Source: Botryllus schlosseri (taxonomy: Eukaryota). From it: DNA of 64,000 bases. Numbering within the stretch: position 1 is the first letter of the stretch; each line of letters opens with the position of its first letter. The notes below the pieces were generated by a model, which did not search any database, had not been told where the DNA came from, and saw only the letters and a program-made list of their open reading frames with translations. Made by a program: the position numbers and the translations under genes. Of the stretch, positions 14,097 to 26,000 are shown in pieces. Location: positions 32,366,001 through 32,430,000 of the forward strand of contig CM119371.1 in assembly GCA_051294905.1 (NCBI GenBank), in the 5' to 3' direction.

Positions 14097-16621
14097 CCGT
14101 CAATCGGGGTGACTTTGATTGTCAGGGTGACTTTGATAATTGGTATCAAAGTCACCCTGCATGTCAAAATTGATCAATGGTGTCCAAAATTCTGTGTATA
14201 GTTGTGTGTTTATGATAGTAGATATGTATTTTCTGTTGTCTTTGTAGATACTGATAAAGTTAGTTACAGTTACGGTACGGTATGCCACGATTCTACAAAC
14301 GGAAAGCTGGGTCGAGGGCGTATCAAACCGCTTATACCCAAGCAGACTTAGAATATGCTGTGCGCCAGGTGCGGGTCGGAAGTTTGTCCATTCTTGCTGC
14401 ATCGAAACGGTTCAAAATACCATACGGAACGATTTGGAATAAGACACGTCCAACAGTGAAGCATTCAGGAAGACCGGGTGGACAATCATCGTTATCGGCT
14501 GCCGAAGAGACAGCAGTCATAAAAGTCATTAACCACCTAACTGATTGGAAATTTCCACTATCTTCTTGTGATATCCGTTACCTAGTTCAAGACTATCTGA
14601 ACCGACAAGGGAAGACCATAAAAATCTTTAGTGATAACCTGCCTGGTTGGGATTGGCTAAACAAATTTAAGGAGCGTCATCATCTTACCCAACGACTTGC
14701 TGACAATGTGAAGCCAGGCCGTGCGGAAATTAGCTCTGCTGAAGTGAAAGAGTATTTCAGAAACATCTATCAGGAACTGCATGGGGTAGAGCCTCAGAAC
14801 GTTTACAATTACGATGAGACCAACGTAACAGACAATCCAGGAGTTAAACAGTGCATTGTGAGAAGAGGACTTCGAAGAGTGGAAAGAAAGACCTCACACT
14901 CTAAACAAGCCGTGAGCGTGATGTTTTGCGGAAACGCAGTGGGAGAGTATCTCCCTCCGATGGTTGTCTACAAATCTAAAAACCTTTATACCGAATGGAC
15001 GAAAGGTGGCCCACCTGGTACATTGTACAATCACTCAGCTAGTGGTTGGTTTGATTCCACCACGTTCGAGGAGTGGTTCAAGTTGTTCCTCGACCACGTA
15101 AAGGAGAAGCCTGGGAAGAAAGTGCTTATTGGGGATAATTTGGCATCACATTTCAGTGCACAGGTGATAGCTGATTGTGAAGAAAATAATATCAAATTCA
15201 TCAGTTTGGTACCAAATGCAACTCATCTCCTTCAACCATTGGATGTTGCAGTATTTGGACCAGTGAAGAAAATGTGGAAAAGGATACTGGAGGACTGGAG
15301 AAAGGAGAGCAGAGTGAGGGGCAGCATACCAAAGACCACATTTCCCTTGCTTTTGAAAAGACTTTGTAATCAGATGGAGGAGAAAAAGGAAAACCTAGCT
15401 GCTGGATTCAAGGCTTGCGGTCTAGTTCCTCAGGATGAGCAGCAGGTGCTCAAGCGTCTGCCTGATGCAAACGAAAATCCAACGGAGACAGTGCAAGAGG
15501 CCCTGGGAGAAGTTGTGGCCAACATGTTGAAGGAGCACCTGTCTCCACCAGCAACAACACGTAAAAAACGTGGCCCCAAAGTAGCGCCGGGGAAGGCATA
15601 TACATCAGCAGACATAGCTGCTCATAAGGAAATGTCAAAGAGGCCAGCTAGAACAGGTTCTGCAAGTACAAGTAGACAGAGTGGGAAGAGACGCAGGGTA
15701 ATTGAAGTACTAATGAGTTCTGAGGAAGACGAAGAAAGCGAAAGTGACAGTGAGGGCGAAGTCTGTCAAATCTGTAGTAAATTCAACTGTGGGAGGTCGA
15801 GGAGTATCAGTTGGGAACAGTGTGACAACTGTGACAATTGGTTCCACGAACTCTGCCTTGAGAGAGAAGGGACAGGCAGTGCAACTGCAAGCTGCAAGTG
15901 TCAGAAGTAGACAGACTATGGTATTAGCGATAGATTGAAATAGAGAGGCATTCAACACGACAAGTTTGAAAGCAGCGGTTTACGGTTTAGGTTAGTTCAG
16001 ACCTCAGGAGACCAAATGCGTTTACTTGGAATTTAGATGATGAAACCTACTTTTGGGGACAGTGTGACTTGAGAGAGAAGGGACAACCAGTGCAATTGCA
16101 AATTGCAAGTGATGGTAATGATTGTAGATTTGTGTCTACTGAATTTCTCCAGGTGGTGGTGGTCTCTGAACAATTGAACATCTCAGAAAACTTTGTATTG
16201 GTGGAATATTTTGTGTTGATGATTGTTGTTTTGTGTCTACTAATATTCTTTAAAGGGTGATCGCTGAACATTTCAGAACACATTGTATTAGTGGATTAAA
16301 TTGTGTTGGTGATTGTAGTTCTGTGTCTATTATATTTTCAAACAATTGGCTATCAAAGGAGTCCCAATAGGAAGGTTTATTTGATAAAAAAAGAAAATTT
16401 TCATTGACTATCAAAGTCACCCCGGCGCCGGGGTGACTTTGATAATTTTTTGGCCTTTTAAAAAAGTATGAAGACGAAACCTGATAAGAAAGTTATTTGG
16501 TATATTGATAGCCAGGACCCACATTGTTACTAGTTCAAAGAACCAAGGATGAGAAAGCCCATTAACCTACTCGAAATGTATCAAAAGTGCCGAAAACTAT
16601 CAAAGTCACCCCGATTGACGG
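14097..16621 (+). mobile_element. Full-length pogo (Fot-like, DD35D) DNA transposon
   Basis: Perfect 23-bp TIRs CCGTCAATCGGGGTGACTTTGAT (14097-14119, 16599-16621), TA TSDs (14095-14096, 16622-16623), extra subterminal GGGTGACTTTGATA copies, intact transposase. Confidence 0.95.
14282..15910 (+). CDS. pogo/Fot-like transposase: HTH_psq, CENP-B-type HTH, DDE_1 domain, C-terminal PHD-like finger
   Basis: 542 aa. N-terminal LSILAASKRFKIPYGTI HTH; triad YNYDET / IGDNLASH / LLQPLD with 35 residues between the last two Asp; C-terminal CQIC...WEQCDNCDNWFHELC. Confidence 0.95.
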   Translation: MPRFYKRKAGSRAYQTAYTQADLEYAVRQVRVGSLSILAASKRFKIPYGTIWNKTRPTVKHSGRPGGQSSLSAAEETAVIKVINHLTDWKFPLSSCDIRYLVQDYLNRQGKTIKIFSDNLPGWDWLNKFKERHHLTQRLADNVKPGRAEISSAEVKEYFRNIYQELHGVEPQNVYNYDETNVTDNPGVKQCIVRRGLRRVERKTSHSKQAVSVMFCGNAVGEYLPPMVVYKSKNLYTEWTKGGPPGTLYNHSASGWFDSTTFEEWFKLFLDHVKEKPGKKVLIGDNLASHFSAQVIADCEENNIKFISLVPNATHLLQPLDVAVFGPVKKMWKRILEDWRKESRVRGSIPKTTFPLLLKRLCNQMEEKKENLAAGFKACGLVPQDEQQVLKRLPDANENPTETVQEALGEVVANMLKEHLSPPATTRKKRGPKVAPGKAYTSADIAAHKEMSKRPARTGSASTSRQSGKRRRVIEVLMSSEEDEESESDSEGEVCQICSKFNCGRSRSISWEQCDNCDNWFHELCLEREGTGSATASCKCQK

Positions 16622-16720
16622 TACCATTCCCGGATTGATATTTCCATACAATAAAACATCTATAAAAATTCAAAAACAGTGTTGGTGCTATAACCGCACG
16701 AATACACTCGGACTGATTAC

Positions 16721-16803
16721 CATTTACCAGAACGGTAGCTCATCTTGAAATGTATACCGTACCGAATGTACTGCATAACCGGTGCGCTGAGAAGTTTCGA
16801 CAT
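16721..16803 (-). CDS. Tentative first coding exon of the OSBPL gene
   Basis: ATG at 16803 reads MSKLLSAPVMQYIRYGIHFKMSYRSGK, then a phase-2 donor GTaatc compatible with the 25-nt candidate exon. No homology support. Confidence 0.25.
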
Positions 16804-17196
16804 TATTATGGATTTACATGTTAAGGTAAAACTATTAATTGAGTTGATACGTACCGTAGGAACAATGAACTTCATTAGAGAGTGAATAGCCATTATCCAA
16901 GCTGTTTAAATTCCGATATCAAACACAAACAGCCAGCGCCGGTTACCACTTCACCAACGCATAAGCCAGTACGGAGCGTAACTACGATGACGAATCTCCG
17001 TTTGTCAGATGACGAAAACAAAAGGCTGAACCGGGTGAGGCTTTCTCATGCGGAACAGTATCAACAGAGGCATTCTAGTTTTGAAAAAGTATATTGCTTT
17101 TATAGTTTGTACACTACACTGCGAAATATAAATCAGGATCAACCAACGATTAATTTAATATTTTTGTATGAAGGATACTCACACTGGCCCCTGCGG

Positions 17197-19860
17197 CCCC
17201 GTGGATATACTCAGATATCGCAGATATCGCAGGTATCGCAGATATCGCAGATATCACTACTGTGGATATACTCAGATATCGCAGATGTCGCAGATATCAT
17301 TGTGGATATACTCAGATATCGCAGATATCACCAAAAAACGCAGACACCGAGGTCATATAAAGGTCACGCTTCGTTTAGAGCGCAGATATCACGTCTTAAG
17401 CATGTCTAGGTCAATTCAGTGCGCAGATATCAGGTCCGGACCATGCCTGGGGGAATTTTGTGCGCAGATATCACGTCTTAAGCATGTCTAGGTCGATTCA
17501 GTGCGCAGATATCAGGTCTGGACCATACCTGGGCTCTTTTGGTGCGCAGATATCAGCTCCGGAGCATGTCCGAATACAAATAGTGCGCAGATATCAGGTC
17601 TGGACCATACCTGGGCTCTTTTGGTGCACAGATATCAGCTCCGGAGCATGTCCGAATACGAATAGTGCGCAGATATCAGGTCTGGACCATACTTGGATTC
17701 TTTTGGTGCGCAGATATCAGGTCCGGACCATGCCTGGGGGAATTTTGGGCGCAGATATCAGCTCTGGAGCATGTTCGGATACAAATAGTGCGCAGATATC
17801 AGGTGTGGACCATACCTGAATTCTTTTGGTGCGCGGATATCAGGACTGAACCATACCTGGATTCTTTTGGTGCGCAGATATCAGGTCTGGACCATACCTG
17901 GGCTCTTTTGGTGCGCAGATATCAGCTCCGGAGCATGTCCGAATACGAATAGTGCGCAGATATCAGGTCTGGACCATACTTGGATTCTTTTGGTGCGCAG
18001 ATATCAGGTCCGGACCATGCCTGGGGGAATTTTGGGCGCAGATATCAGCTCTGGAGCATGTTCGGATACAAATAGTGCGCAGATATCAGGTGTGGACCAT
18101 ACCTGAATTCTTTTGGTGCGCGGATATCAGGACTGAACCATACCTGGATTCTTTTGGTGCGCAGATATCAGGTCTGGACCATACCTGGGCTCTTTTGGTG
18201 CGCAGATATCAGCTCCGGAGCATGTCCGAATACGAATAGTGCGCAGATATCAGGTCTGGACCATACTTGGATTCTTTTGGTGCGCAGATATCAGGTCCGG
18301 ACCATGCCTGGGGGAATTTTGGGCGCAGATATCAGCTCTGGAGCATGTTCGGATACAAATAGTGCGCAGATATCAGGTGTGGACCATACCTGAATTCTTT
18401 TGGTGCGCGGATATCAGGACTGAACCATACCTGGATTCTTTTGGTGCGCAGATATCAGCTCCGGAGCATGTCCGAATACAAATAGTGCGCAGATATCAGG
18501 TCTGGACCATACCTGGATTCTTTTGTTGCGCAGATATCAGCTCCGGAGCATGTCCGAATACGAATAGTGCGCAGATATCAGGTCTGGATCATACTTGGAT
18601 TCTTTTGGTGCGCAGATATCAGGTCCGGACCATTGGGGGAATTTTGGGCGCAGATATCAGCTCCGGAGCATGTCCTAATACAAGTAGTGCGCAGATATCA
18701 GGTCTGGGCCATACCTGGATTCTCTTGGTGCGAAGATATCAGGTCTGGACCATACTTGGATTCTTTTGGTGCACAGATATCAGCTCCGGAGCATGTCCGA
18801 ATACAAATAGTGCGCAGATATCAGGTCTAGACCAGCTGGTGCTGTTTCCTGCATAGATATCAGGTCCGCAGCATGTCTGACGCCAAGCGATACGAAGATA
18901 TCAGACCCGGAGTATGTCTGGATACAAATATTGCGCAGATATCAGGTCTGGATCATACTTGGATTCTTTTGGTGCGCAGATATCAGGTCTGGACCATACC
19001 TGGGCTCTTTTGGTGCGCAGATATCAGCTCCGGAGCATGTCCGAATACGAATAGTGCGCAGATATCAGGTCTGGACCATACTTGGATTCTTTTGGTGCGC
19101 AGATATCAGGTCCGGACCATGCCTGGGGGAATTTTGGGCGCAGATATCAGCTCTGGAGCATGTTCGGATACAAATAGTGCGCAAATATCAGGTGTGGACC
19201 ATACCTGAATTCTTTTGGTGCGCGGATATCAGGACTGAACCATACCTGGATTCTTTTGGTGCGCAGATATCAGGTCTGGACCATACCTGGATTCTTTTGG
19301 TGCGCAGATATCAGCTCCGGAGCATGTCCGAATACAAATAGTGCGCAGATATCAGGTCTGGACCATACCTGGATTCTTTTGGTGCGCAGATATCAGCTCC
19401 GGAGCATGTCCGAATACGAATAGTGCGCAGATATCAGGTCTGGATCATACTTGGATTCTTTTGGTGCGCAGATATCAGGTCCGGACCATTGGGGGAATTT
19501 TGGGCGCAGATATCAGCTCCGGAGCATGTCCTAATACAAGTAGTGCGCAGATATCAGGTCTGGGCCATACCTGGATTCTTTTGGTGCGAAGATATCAGGT
19601 CTGGACCATACTTGGATTCTTTTGGTGCACAGATATCAGCTCCGGAGCATGTCCGAATACAAATAGTGCGCAGATATCAGGTCTAGACCAGCTGGTGCTG
19701 TTTCCTGCATAGATATCAGGTCCGCAGCATGTCTGACGCCAAGCGATACGAAGATATCAGACCCGGAGTATGTCTGGATACAAATATTGCGCAGATGTCA
19801 GGTTTGGACCATGCCTGAGCGTATTTCTTTGATCGATATCAACTCCACATCATGTCTGGA
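17197..19860 (+). repeat. Left foldback arm: 9-bp (CAGATATCG)n module, then ~41-bp GCGCAGATATC monomers in 287-bp and ~856-bp higher-order repeats
   Basis: Identical ORF-track peptides recur at 17665/17952/18239 (period 287 = 7 x 41) and near-identical ones at 18567/19423 (period 856). Confidence 0.95.
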
Positions 19861-20472
19861 TGGAAATGGTCAGGCCTGGTCACTGGTCAAAGCTGACTAG
19901 TAACAGACCACTTACAGTTTTTTTGGAGTCCTCAGGCAGATTTTGCCTGCTTGCATCACTTAGGCTACTCTAGTGCAGGGGTGTCAAACTCAAGTTGTTT
20001 CGCGGGCCGCATTCAAACCTTCAGAACATAGGGGATTAGGGGTTCTATTCAAGCGACACGTTTATTCACAAACAATGGAATTTGCAAAAATACAAATATT
20101 GACTGGTTGAATATAGTTACAAATCGCTAAAACATGGGCTCTTACGACGTTATAAGCATATTTCTATGATCCCCTTGTTTCAGTCGTAATCTGGCGTTAA
20201 CTCTGCGTATGCGTTGAGAGGAATACAAGAGATTTAACTGTAGATGTGGCCGTTGGAATTCGGTTCATTCAAATCGCGATTCGTTTTCCTCTGGTAGTCG
20301 GGAACCTTTTCAGTCAGAAGTGATACAGTAGTGCGAACGCAGATATTTGAATTACATTTTTGTAACTACTATATTCTCCATATATTCATGCATGCAACGA
20401 TTTCACATTGGCCCTTTCGCTTCTGTGAATAACTAATTCTAGGTTAATTTTTTCCATAAAACTCTGAACTAA

Positions 20473-23400
20473 GGGTGGGTTTCAAATAGTCGACTTAGGC
20501 CCGTCGTCGGGCTTAAGCTACACCCCTCAGGCTGAAGTCGGTTTCAAAACTGTGACTTGAGGGGATTTCCCCTCCAGCGTGCGCTTTGTTAAGACAGATA
20601 TCCAAGCCAGCTAGGGGGTAGGCTGAAGTCGACAGTGCTGATAACTGTTGTGCTGTTTGTTGAAGGATATTGGCCGTTCTTCTGATGTATAGCTTGGCAA
20701 ATCAGATTAGATCATTTTATATTGATGTCAGGCAGTTTGGAATAATGTTTATATCACAAACGTGACAAGTTGGTATCATATACCGTTATAGTGGGATTTA
20801 CAGTGGAATGCTGCAGGGGTCTTCGTATACTGAACGGATTTCAATTCAAATGGATAGCCAGAGCCCTGAGGCACACAGGACACATCAGCACTTCTTCCAT
20901 AACCGCACCATATAGTATCAAGCAATGTTCCCCAATCCCCATGACCACCATAACCCGCGTTCGCTGGCTCCAATCGATTCGGTTACGAATATGATATGAC
21001 TACGGTTACGAGACACGGGAAGTGATATTTGGGGTAAGGCGTAAAGGTGCCTAGCGTTGGACTTGCGAATCCCGCCCATTTTGGCAAAGAAAGGTCAGCG
21101 ATAAGAATCCGCTACGGGTAATGATTCTGATCAGTGGTCATGGGGAACATCAGTTAATATAGTGCATGTATCGAAGAAGCCCCAAGATGAGATTTTAGGT
21201 TGCGGCAGATCAACAGATCCTTTATTGATAGCCTACATGCTACGTCAACTCATCATTATAGTTTTCTCGACTGGTTACGTCTTTTAACTTAGGCACGTTG
21301 ACGTTTTGACAGTTTGGCTTTGCTGTGGTTATAGCCAAAAAGTGAACACATGACGCATCACCAGAAAATGGAAAATATGTATCATGCTCATTTTGTTGAG
21401 CCTAATCAATGTTGCACCACTTGCACGCAACTGTGATTGATTGCAGGGTTCCCCTCAATATCCATTTTCGCTCCACCCCTATGAGCATTGTCATAAATAT
21501 GTTTAACTGCTACTTTCTAGAGTAGTGCCGACTACATGGAACTTTGATCAATATGTGTCTATTCAACCAGCATTGTATTGATATTCCGTTCACTGCACGC
21601 GCACCGAATTTCAGCATACTGGATAAAGATCCAGAAGTTTCGGAAAGAAAAATGACATGACTTTGCATGAAGTTGTTAGTGAATTGCTATAGATGTGAAG
21701 TAATGTTCCCTCTAATTTTTGACGAGTCTGTGCGTACACTCAAGAACTCACTACGCAGACCCTCGGAAAACAGTGCGTAACGACTAAAAAAGGGTCATGA
21801 CTTCAGATTTTCTGTGTGCATAAACCGTGTCAGCACTGCGCATTTGCACATGTATGCAGCTTAAAGGGGCCATTGATGTGAAGTGATATATGCCAATAAT
21901 ATTCAAAGTGCAGTACATGCTAACGCTTCAGTAATCCAAATGTTTTGAGATATATGTCAATTCAACATTGATTTTCACAGATTTGCTACCCAGTCATAGT
22001 ATCGACATAGCAGCATAATCAGTCCATGTAAAAATTATTATATAGCTGTGCAATGTGCCACCAGAGTGAGCTGCAGGCTGTGAAACAAATGATAGCACCA
22101 TTCTTTTGGAACACAGAGAAAATCAAACGAGCAGTGATGTGCCAAGCCATCAAATAGGTATTTATCTATCTATCCGTATATGTGAGTGTGAATGCGCATA
22201 CCAATATCCGGTTCCTTTTATATTAAGGTTTTTCTGAAAGCACTTTGCTCGAGCTTTATCCAGTTCCTCGCACCATGATACCAACACTGGGCTGTAAGTA
22301 TGTCATTTTCATTCATATTTATACCATGCTTGATAAGTTGTTTTGTAATAGATGCTGACCCATCTGATGTGCCAACTTATGGAGTAGCAGTTGGGAGCTG
22401 CATCTGCTAGTTGTTTGGGCAACATTTCCAACCAGATCAAGGTAAATTTGCATTCATTACTAGGCCATCAATTGTCTGTTTGTTATCTCATTATTATTGC
22501 TATTAATTATTATCTCGTTATTATTGCTATTAACATTTGTATAGTTTGCTGATGCTATGTATTACAATAGACTATTGAGTTTTGTATGGATAGCAACAGT
22601 ATAAAATTTAAAAAATCCGTTCGAAATTTATCAGTTATATCTCTACCAACAGCTCACCGAAGTCCAGGCCCGAAGTCAACTATGAAGCAGCGAAGATTTG
22701 AAAATCAGTGATAAAGCAGAAGAGAATGTAAACAAGTTGAGCATGGTCTCAACGTTAATAATTATAGAAGATGCTGAACAACATTAATTTGACGCTAGCC
22801 GAATCTAGAGTCAAAACATGTCTTTTGTACATTTGATTCAATTTTGTTCAGCCGTTCATGTTCGCCTGCTCCAGTTTTCCAAGCCCCTTGCAATAACTTC
22901 GCTATCTTGTGTCCAAATTTATGAACTTGAACTTACTTAAAGCCATAATGCACATTTTACCTCATTTTAACGTGTCACAAGAAATAAAGCACGAGTATGT
23001 TTTGGAATGTAATCAAATGTATTGCACAAATCTCTAGATCATGCGTTGTCGTGCAGATTTCTCTGTAGGAGTCGATACTGTGGGAGTGCGGTCAACGCTT
23101 CCAGTTGCAGTATGTCATCAAATTCAGCTCCATCTGCCTTGTCAGCATAGCTATGATTGTAAAGGCAGAAGCAGGCTATTGTCATATCGATATTCTGAGG
23201 TTCTTCCTTGAATATAGCCAATGTGCGAGATATTTTCTTCAACACAAAGCACTGCGCTCTGCCAGAGGGTAACGATATGCATGAAAACAATAGTGACTTT
23301 TTTCGGTCAAAGTTCTTGGGCATAATAGTGGCGTGAGTAATAAGTCCTCAGTGGATATTCAGCATCTCCAAGAGCATAATCTTCATCAATTAATATGCCA

Positions 23401-23817
23401 AAATGCTGGGCAGTTGTGTCTTCAAAAATCGGTATCACATCACAGCCGCACTATTTCTTCGAATACTTTGCGATAACGTGCTGATCATTTGCCAGATACT
23501 TCCTCGGGGTTCTGTTCTGATCATCCGTCCGTAAATTTCAACAACTCAAGCAATTCCGTATTCCTTCACCGCATCGCTATCATACTATACGACATCAGCA
23601 AGCAACTCAAAACAATAACAACTGGCCTCGGTTCCGTGTTGAACTCGCTACAGCGACGAAGTAGACAGTAATTACTCGCAACTAACGGACTTGGCCGAGC
23701 GCGGCGCCAAATTGACATTTGAAACCGAATTAAGACCGCCGACGTCTGGCGTCTTGAGCAAGTCAATCACTGGCCTTAAGCCAGGTCTAAATTAAGACAA
23801 CTTTTTGAAACCCACCC
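20473..23817. mobile_element. Decayed PIF/Harbinger element nested in the hAT element
   Basis: 14-bp TIRs GGGTGGGTTTCAAA / TTTGAAACCCACCC, TNA-type flanks (TAA / TCA, one mismatch), internal Harbinger transposase remnant. Confidence 0.8.
23040..23500 (-). pseudogene. Frameshifted Harbinger/HARBI1-type (DDE_Tnp_4) transposase remnant
   Basis: Minus-strand pieces YALGDAEYPL..LLTP, FVLKKISRTL and IACFCLYN resemble Harbinger LGD.GYPL..LLTP, FG.LK.RFR.L and ACC.LHN motifs. Confidence 0.7.
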
Positions 23818-24959
23818 TCAGTGTTCTCCATTTTGGCTTCCCGGAATTGCGTATCAATGTCACCGAATTTTTGCTAATACTGCTAGAGCGAAACCACAAA
23901 ATAATAGTTAAAATGTGGCCTATGCACATATTTGACCTTTGTTGCATTGAGGGATTATTTAATAGAAGTTTCACGGACTAAAAATCGGAACATTTCTTAA
24001 AAATATGCAGGACAAGCATTTCTCCATCAACTCGAAATTTTTTCGCGGGCCGGATAAAATCGTCTGGTCGTATGTTTCACACCCCTGCTCTAGTGGTTAT
24101 ATATCTTTGTACTACATCCAATTCTACTTGAAAAAATTTTAGGGAAATAATAATATTTTTTACACTTTGGATTTTGTAAAGTAGAGAGTAGTATTGGCAC
24201 ATGTTTCTATCACGCTTATAAGAATAATTGTCATGATAAATGTTCAAATAGCCCCACAGTCCTTGCGAAAAGAGTGTGTATTCACACCCGAAGGGCGGAG
24301 AAGAGTGGTACAAGAAAACATAACCTAACTAAGAATTATATAGCGGTCATAAATCCTACGTGCCTATACGTGCATACCATTCTACGTTACTACGAGCATG
24401 CAGAATTTGGATTAAAATGTTGTAGGCTAGGCTACTGTATTTATACCGCGGTTTAAATCTGTGGTACTTTCAGGTTTTGTGTATCATGAGTACAGTGTCG
24501 TTCAAAAATAACTTTTTTTCCAGATTCCAGCCATTCACTGATAAAATTGTCAGGTTACCCTAAAAAACGCTGCACGCCAAATTTGGTTAAATTCTAACAA
24601 TAAGCCACCGCAGAGCCAATTTAAATTTTTAATTTATTAGAAAAAATGTTTGAAAAAATTTCAAATTTTCCTGCCAACCCCCCGAAATTGTTGAATTTTC
24701 TTCAAAGACGATGCAAAACAAATTTGAATCAATTCCAACTAGTAGAAGCGGAGTTATTTGAGTTTTTCGTTGATAATTCTCGGATTGTCTACCAATTATT
24801 CCCGAAGAATTCGACACGGCTTGGATTTCGTGCTAATGCGTGAGCCGAACAAAGCGCAGATGGTCGGAGTTTCTCATTTAGCTGTTTAAACAGTATTTAC
24901 CATGTTTGTCGACTAGGCCTACCTGCGTATTCGATTAAGTTGACCGTCGCAACGCTCTA

Positions 24960-25458
24960 TTTGTATCCGGACATGCTACGAAGCTAACATCTGCGCATGA
25001 AAAAGACGCCAAACCTGATATCTGCGCACTGGTTAGGGCATTATATGTTCAATGCTCATATAGGTGCTGATATCTGCGCACCATTCGTATCCGGACATGC
25101 TCCGGAGCTGATATCTGCACACCAAAAGAGCCTAGGTATGGTCCAGACCAGATATCTGCGCACTGAATCGACCTAGACATGCTTAAGACGTGATATCTGC
25201 GCACAAAATTCCCCCAGGCATGGTCCGGACCTGATATCTGCGCACTGAATTGACCTAGACATGCTTAAGACGTGATATCTGCGCTCTAAACGAAGCGTGA
25301 CCTTTATATGACCTCGGTGTCTGCGTTTTTTGGTGATATCTGCGATATCTGAGTATATCCACAATGATATCTGCGATATCTGAGTATATCCACAGTAGTG
25401 ATATCTGCAATATCTGCGATACCTGCGATATCTGCGATATCTGAGTATATCCACGGGG
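24960..25458 (-). repeat. Right foldback arm (shorter inverted copy of the left arm)
   Basis: The reverse complement reproduces the 9-bp and 41-bp modules; the minus-strand ORF peptide matches that at 17168-17491. Confidence 0.95.
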
Positions 25459-25571
25459 CCCCTGCGGCATACTTGTAGAAATAATAATCGTTGAGTTATA
25501 TTTTCATCTGAACAAGTCACACATAATGTACAATGTTGTCCATGTACAAAGAATAAATACAGGACCACCGG

Positions 25572-25731
25572 ACTACCGGATCACGACCTGACATTTCGAT
25601 CTCGCCTTCCGACACATGACACATTTTTGTCACTCATCCTTTCATAATATCTTCTTTTACCTTTCATTCCGTGTGTAATGCACAATTGCACATGCCCCCT
25701 TTTTTTACATCACCTAGGCCAGGTGTGCGTG
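25572..25731 (+). mobile_element. Diverged 3' UTR fragment of the CR1/L2-type LINE family; target of the Gypsy insertion
   Basis: TACCGGATCACGACCTGAC...CATCACCTAGGCCAGGTG resembles 56530-56675 and continues as GTGTCTGA after the 3' LTR. Confidence 0.65.
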
Positions 25732-25933
25732 TGTAGCGTACCGCTCCGTGATTAACCTATAATTACCCTCGCTGATCACTGATTATGTTGTACCCATGTC
25801 GGACGAGTCCCCGTCGGACGAGCATATCGTCATGTTTTAGTTGTTTTAATAAAAGAGCAATGCTGACTAGTCTACTTTGACTTATCGAGCCGCGGACCAA
25901 GAAGAACGCGCGCCCACGACAGAGCACGCTATA
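25732..25933 (+). repeat. Gypsy 5' LTR (202 bp)
   Basis: TGTAGCGT...ACGCTATA, contains AATAAA; matches the 3' LTR apart from an ~62-bp internal indel. Confidence 0.93.
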
Positions 25934-25936
25934 TTT

Positions 25937-25954
25937 TGGTGACCCCGACGTGAT
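25937..25954 (+). promoter_or_regulatory. Primer-binding site, tRNA-Trp
   Basis: TGGTGACCCCGACGTGAT, 3 nt after the LTR, is complementary to the eukaryotic tRNA-Trp 3' end. Confidence 0.88.
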
Positions 25955-26000
25955 TTCGCTAGCCATCCTAGCCGACGTGATTTCGCTATAGCCATCCTAG

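Larger units (their letters stand above)
19976..24087. mobile_element. Non-autonomous hAT (Charlie/Buster-like) element nested in the foldback element
   Basis: TIRs CAGGGGTGTCAAAC / GTTTCACACCCCTG, perfect 8-bp TSD CTCTAGTG (19968-19975, 24088-24095), CGCGGGCC subterminal motifs. Confidence 0.92.
17197..25458. mobile_element. Foldback-type transposon with modular, internally repeated, asymmetric TIRs
   Basis: Termini CCCCGTGGATATACTCAGATATCGCAG and its reverse complement, flanked by CCCCTGCGG (17188-17196, 25459-25467). A 9-bp TSD is shown, but 5, 7 or 11 bp also fit because of terminal G/C ambiguity. Confidence 0.88.

Noticed and set aside
16882..19712. Many overlapping ORFs (RRYQV / AQISG peptides)
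   Set aside because: They are translations of the tandem repeat in rotating frames.
17200..19860. CRISPR-like array (constant GCGCAGATATC core with variable intervening sequence)
   Set aside because: The variable parts are a few recurring variants in higher-order repeats, not unique spacers. There are no cas genes, the context is eukaryotic, and an inverted partner arm with a TSD shows it is a foldback TIR.
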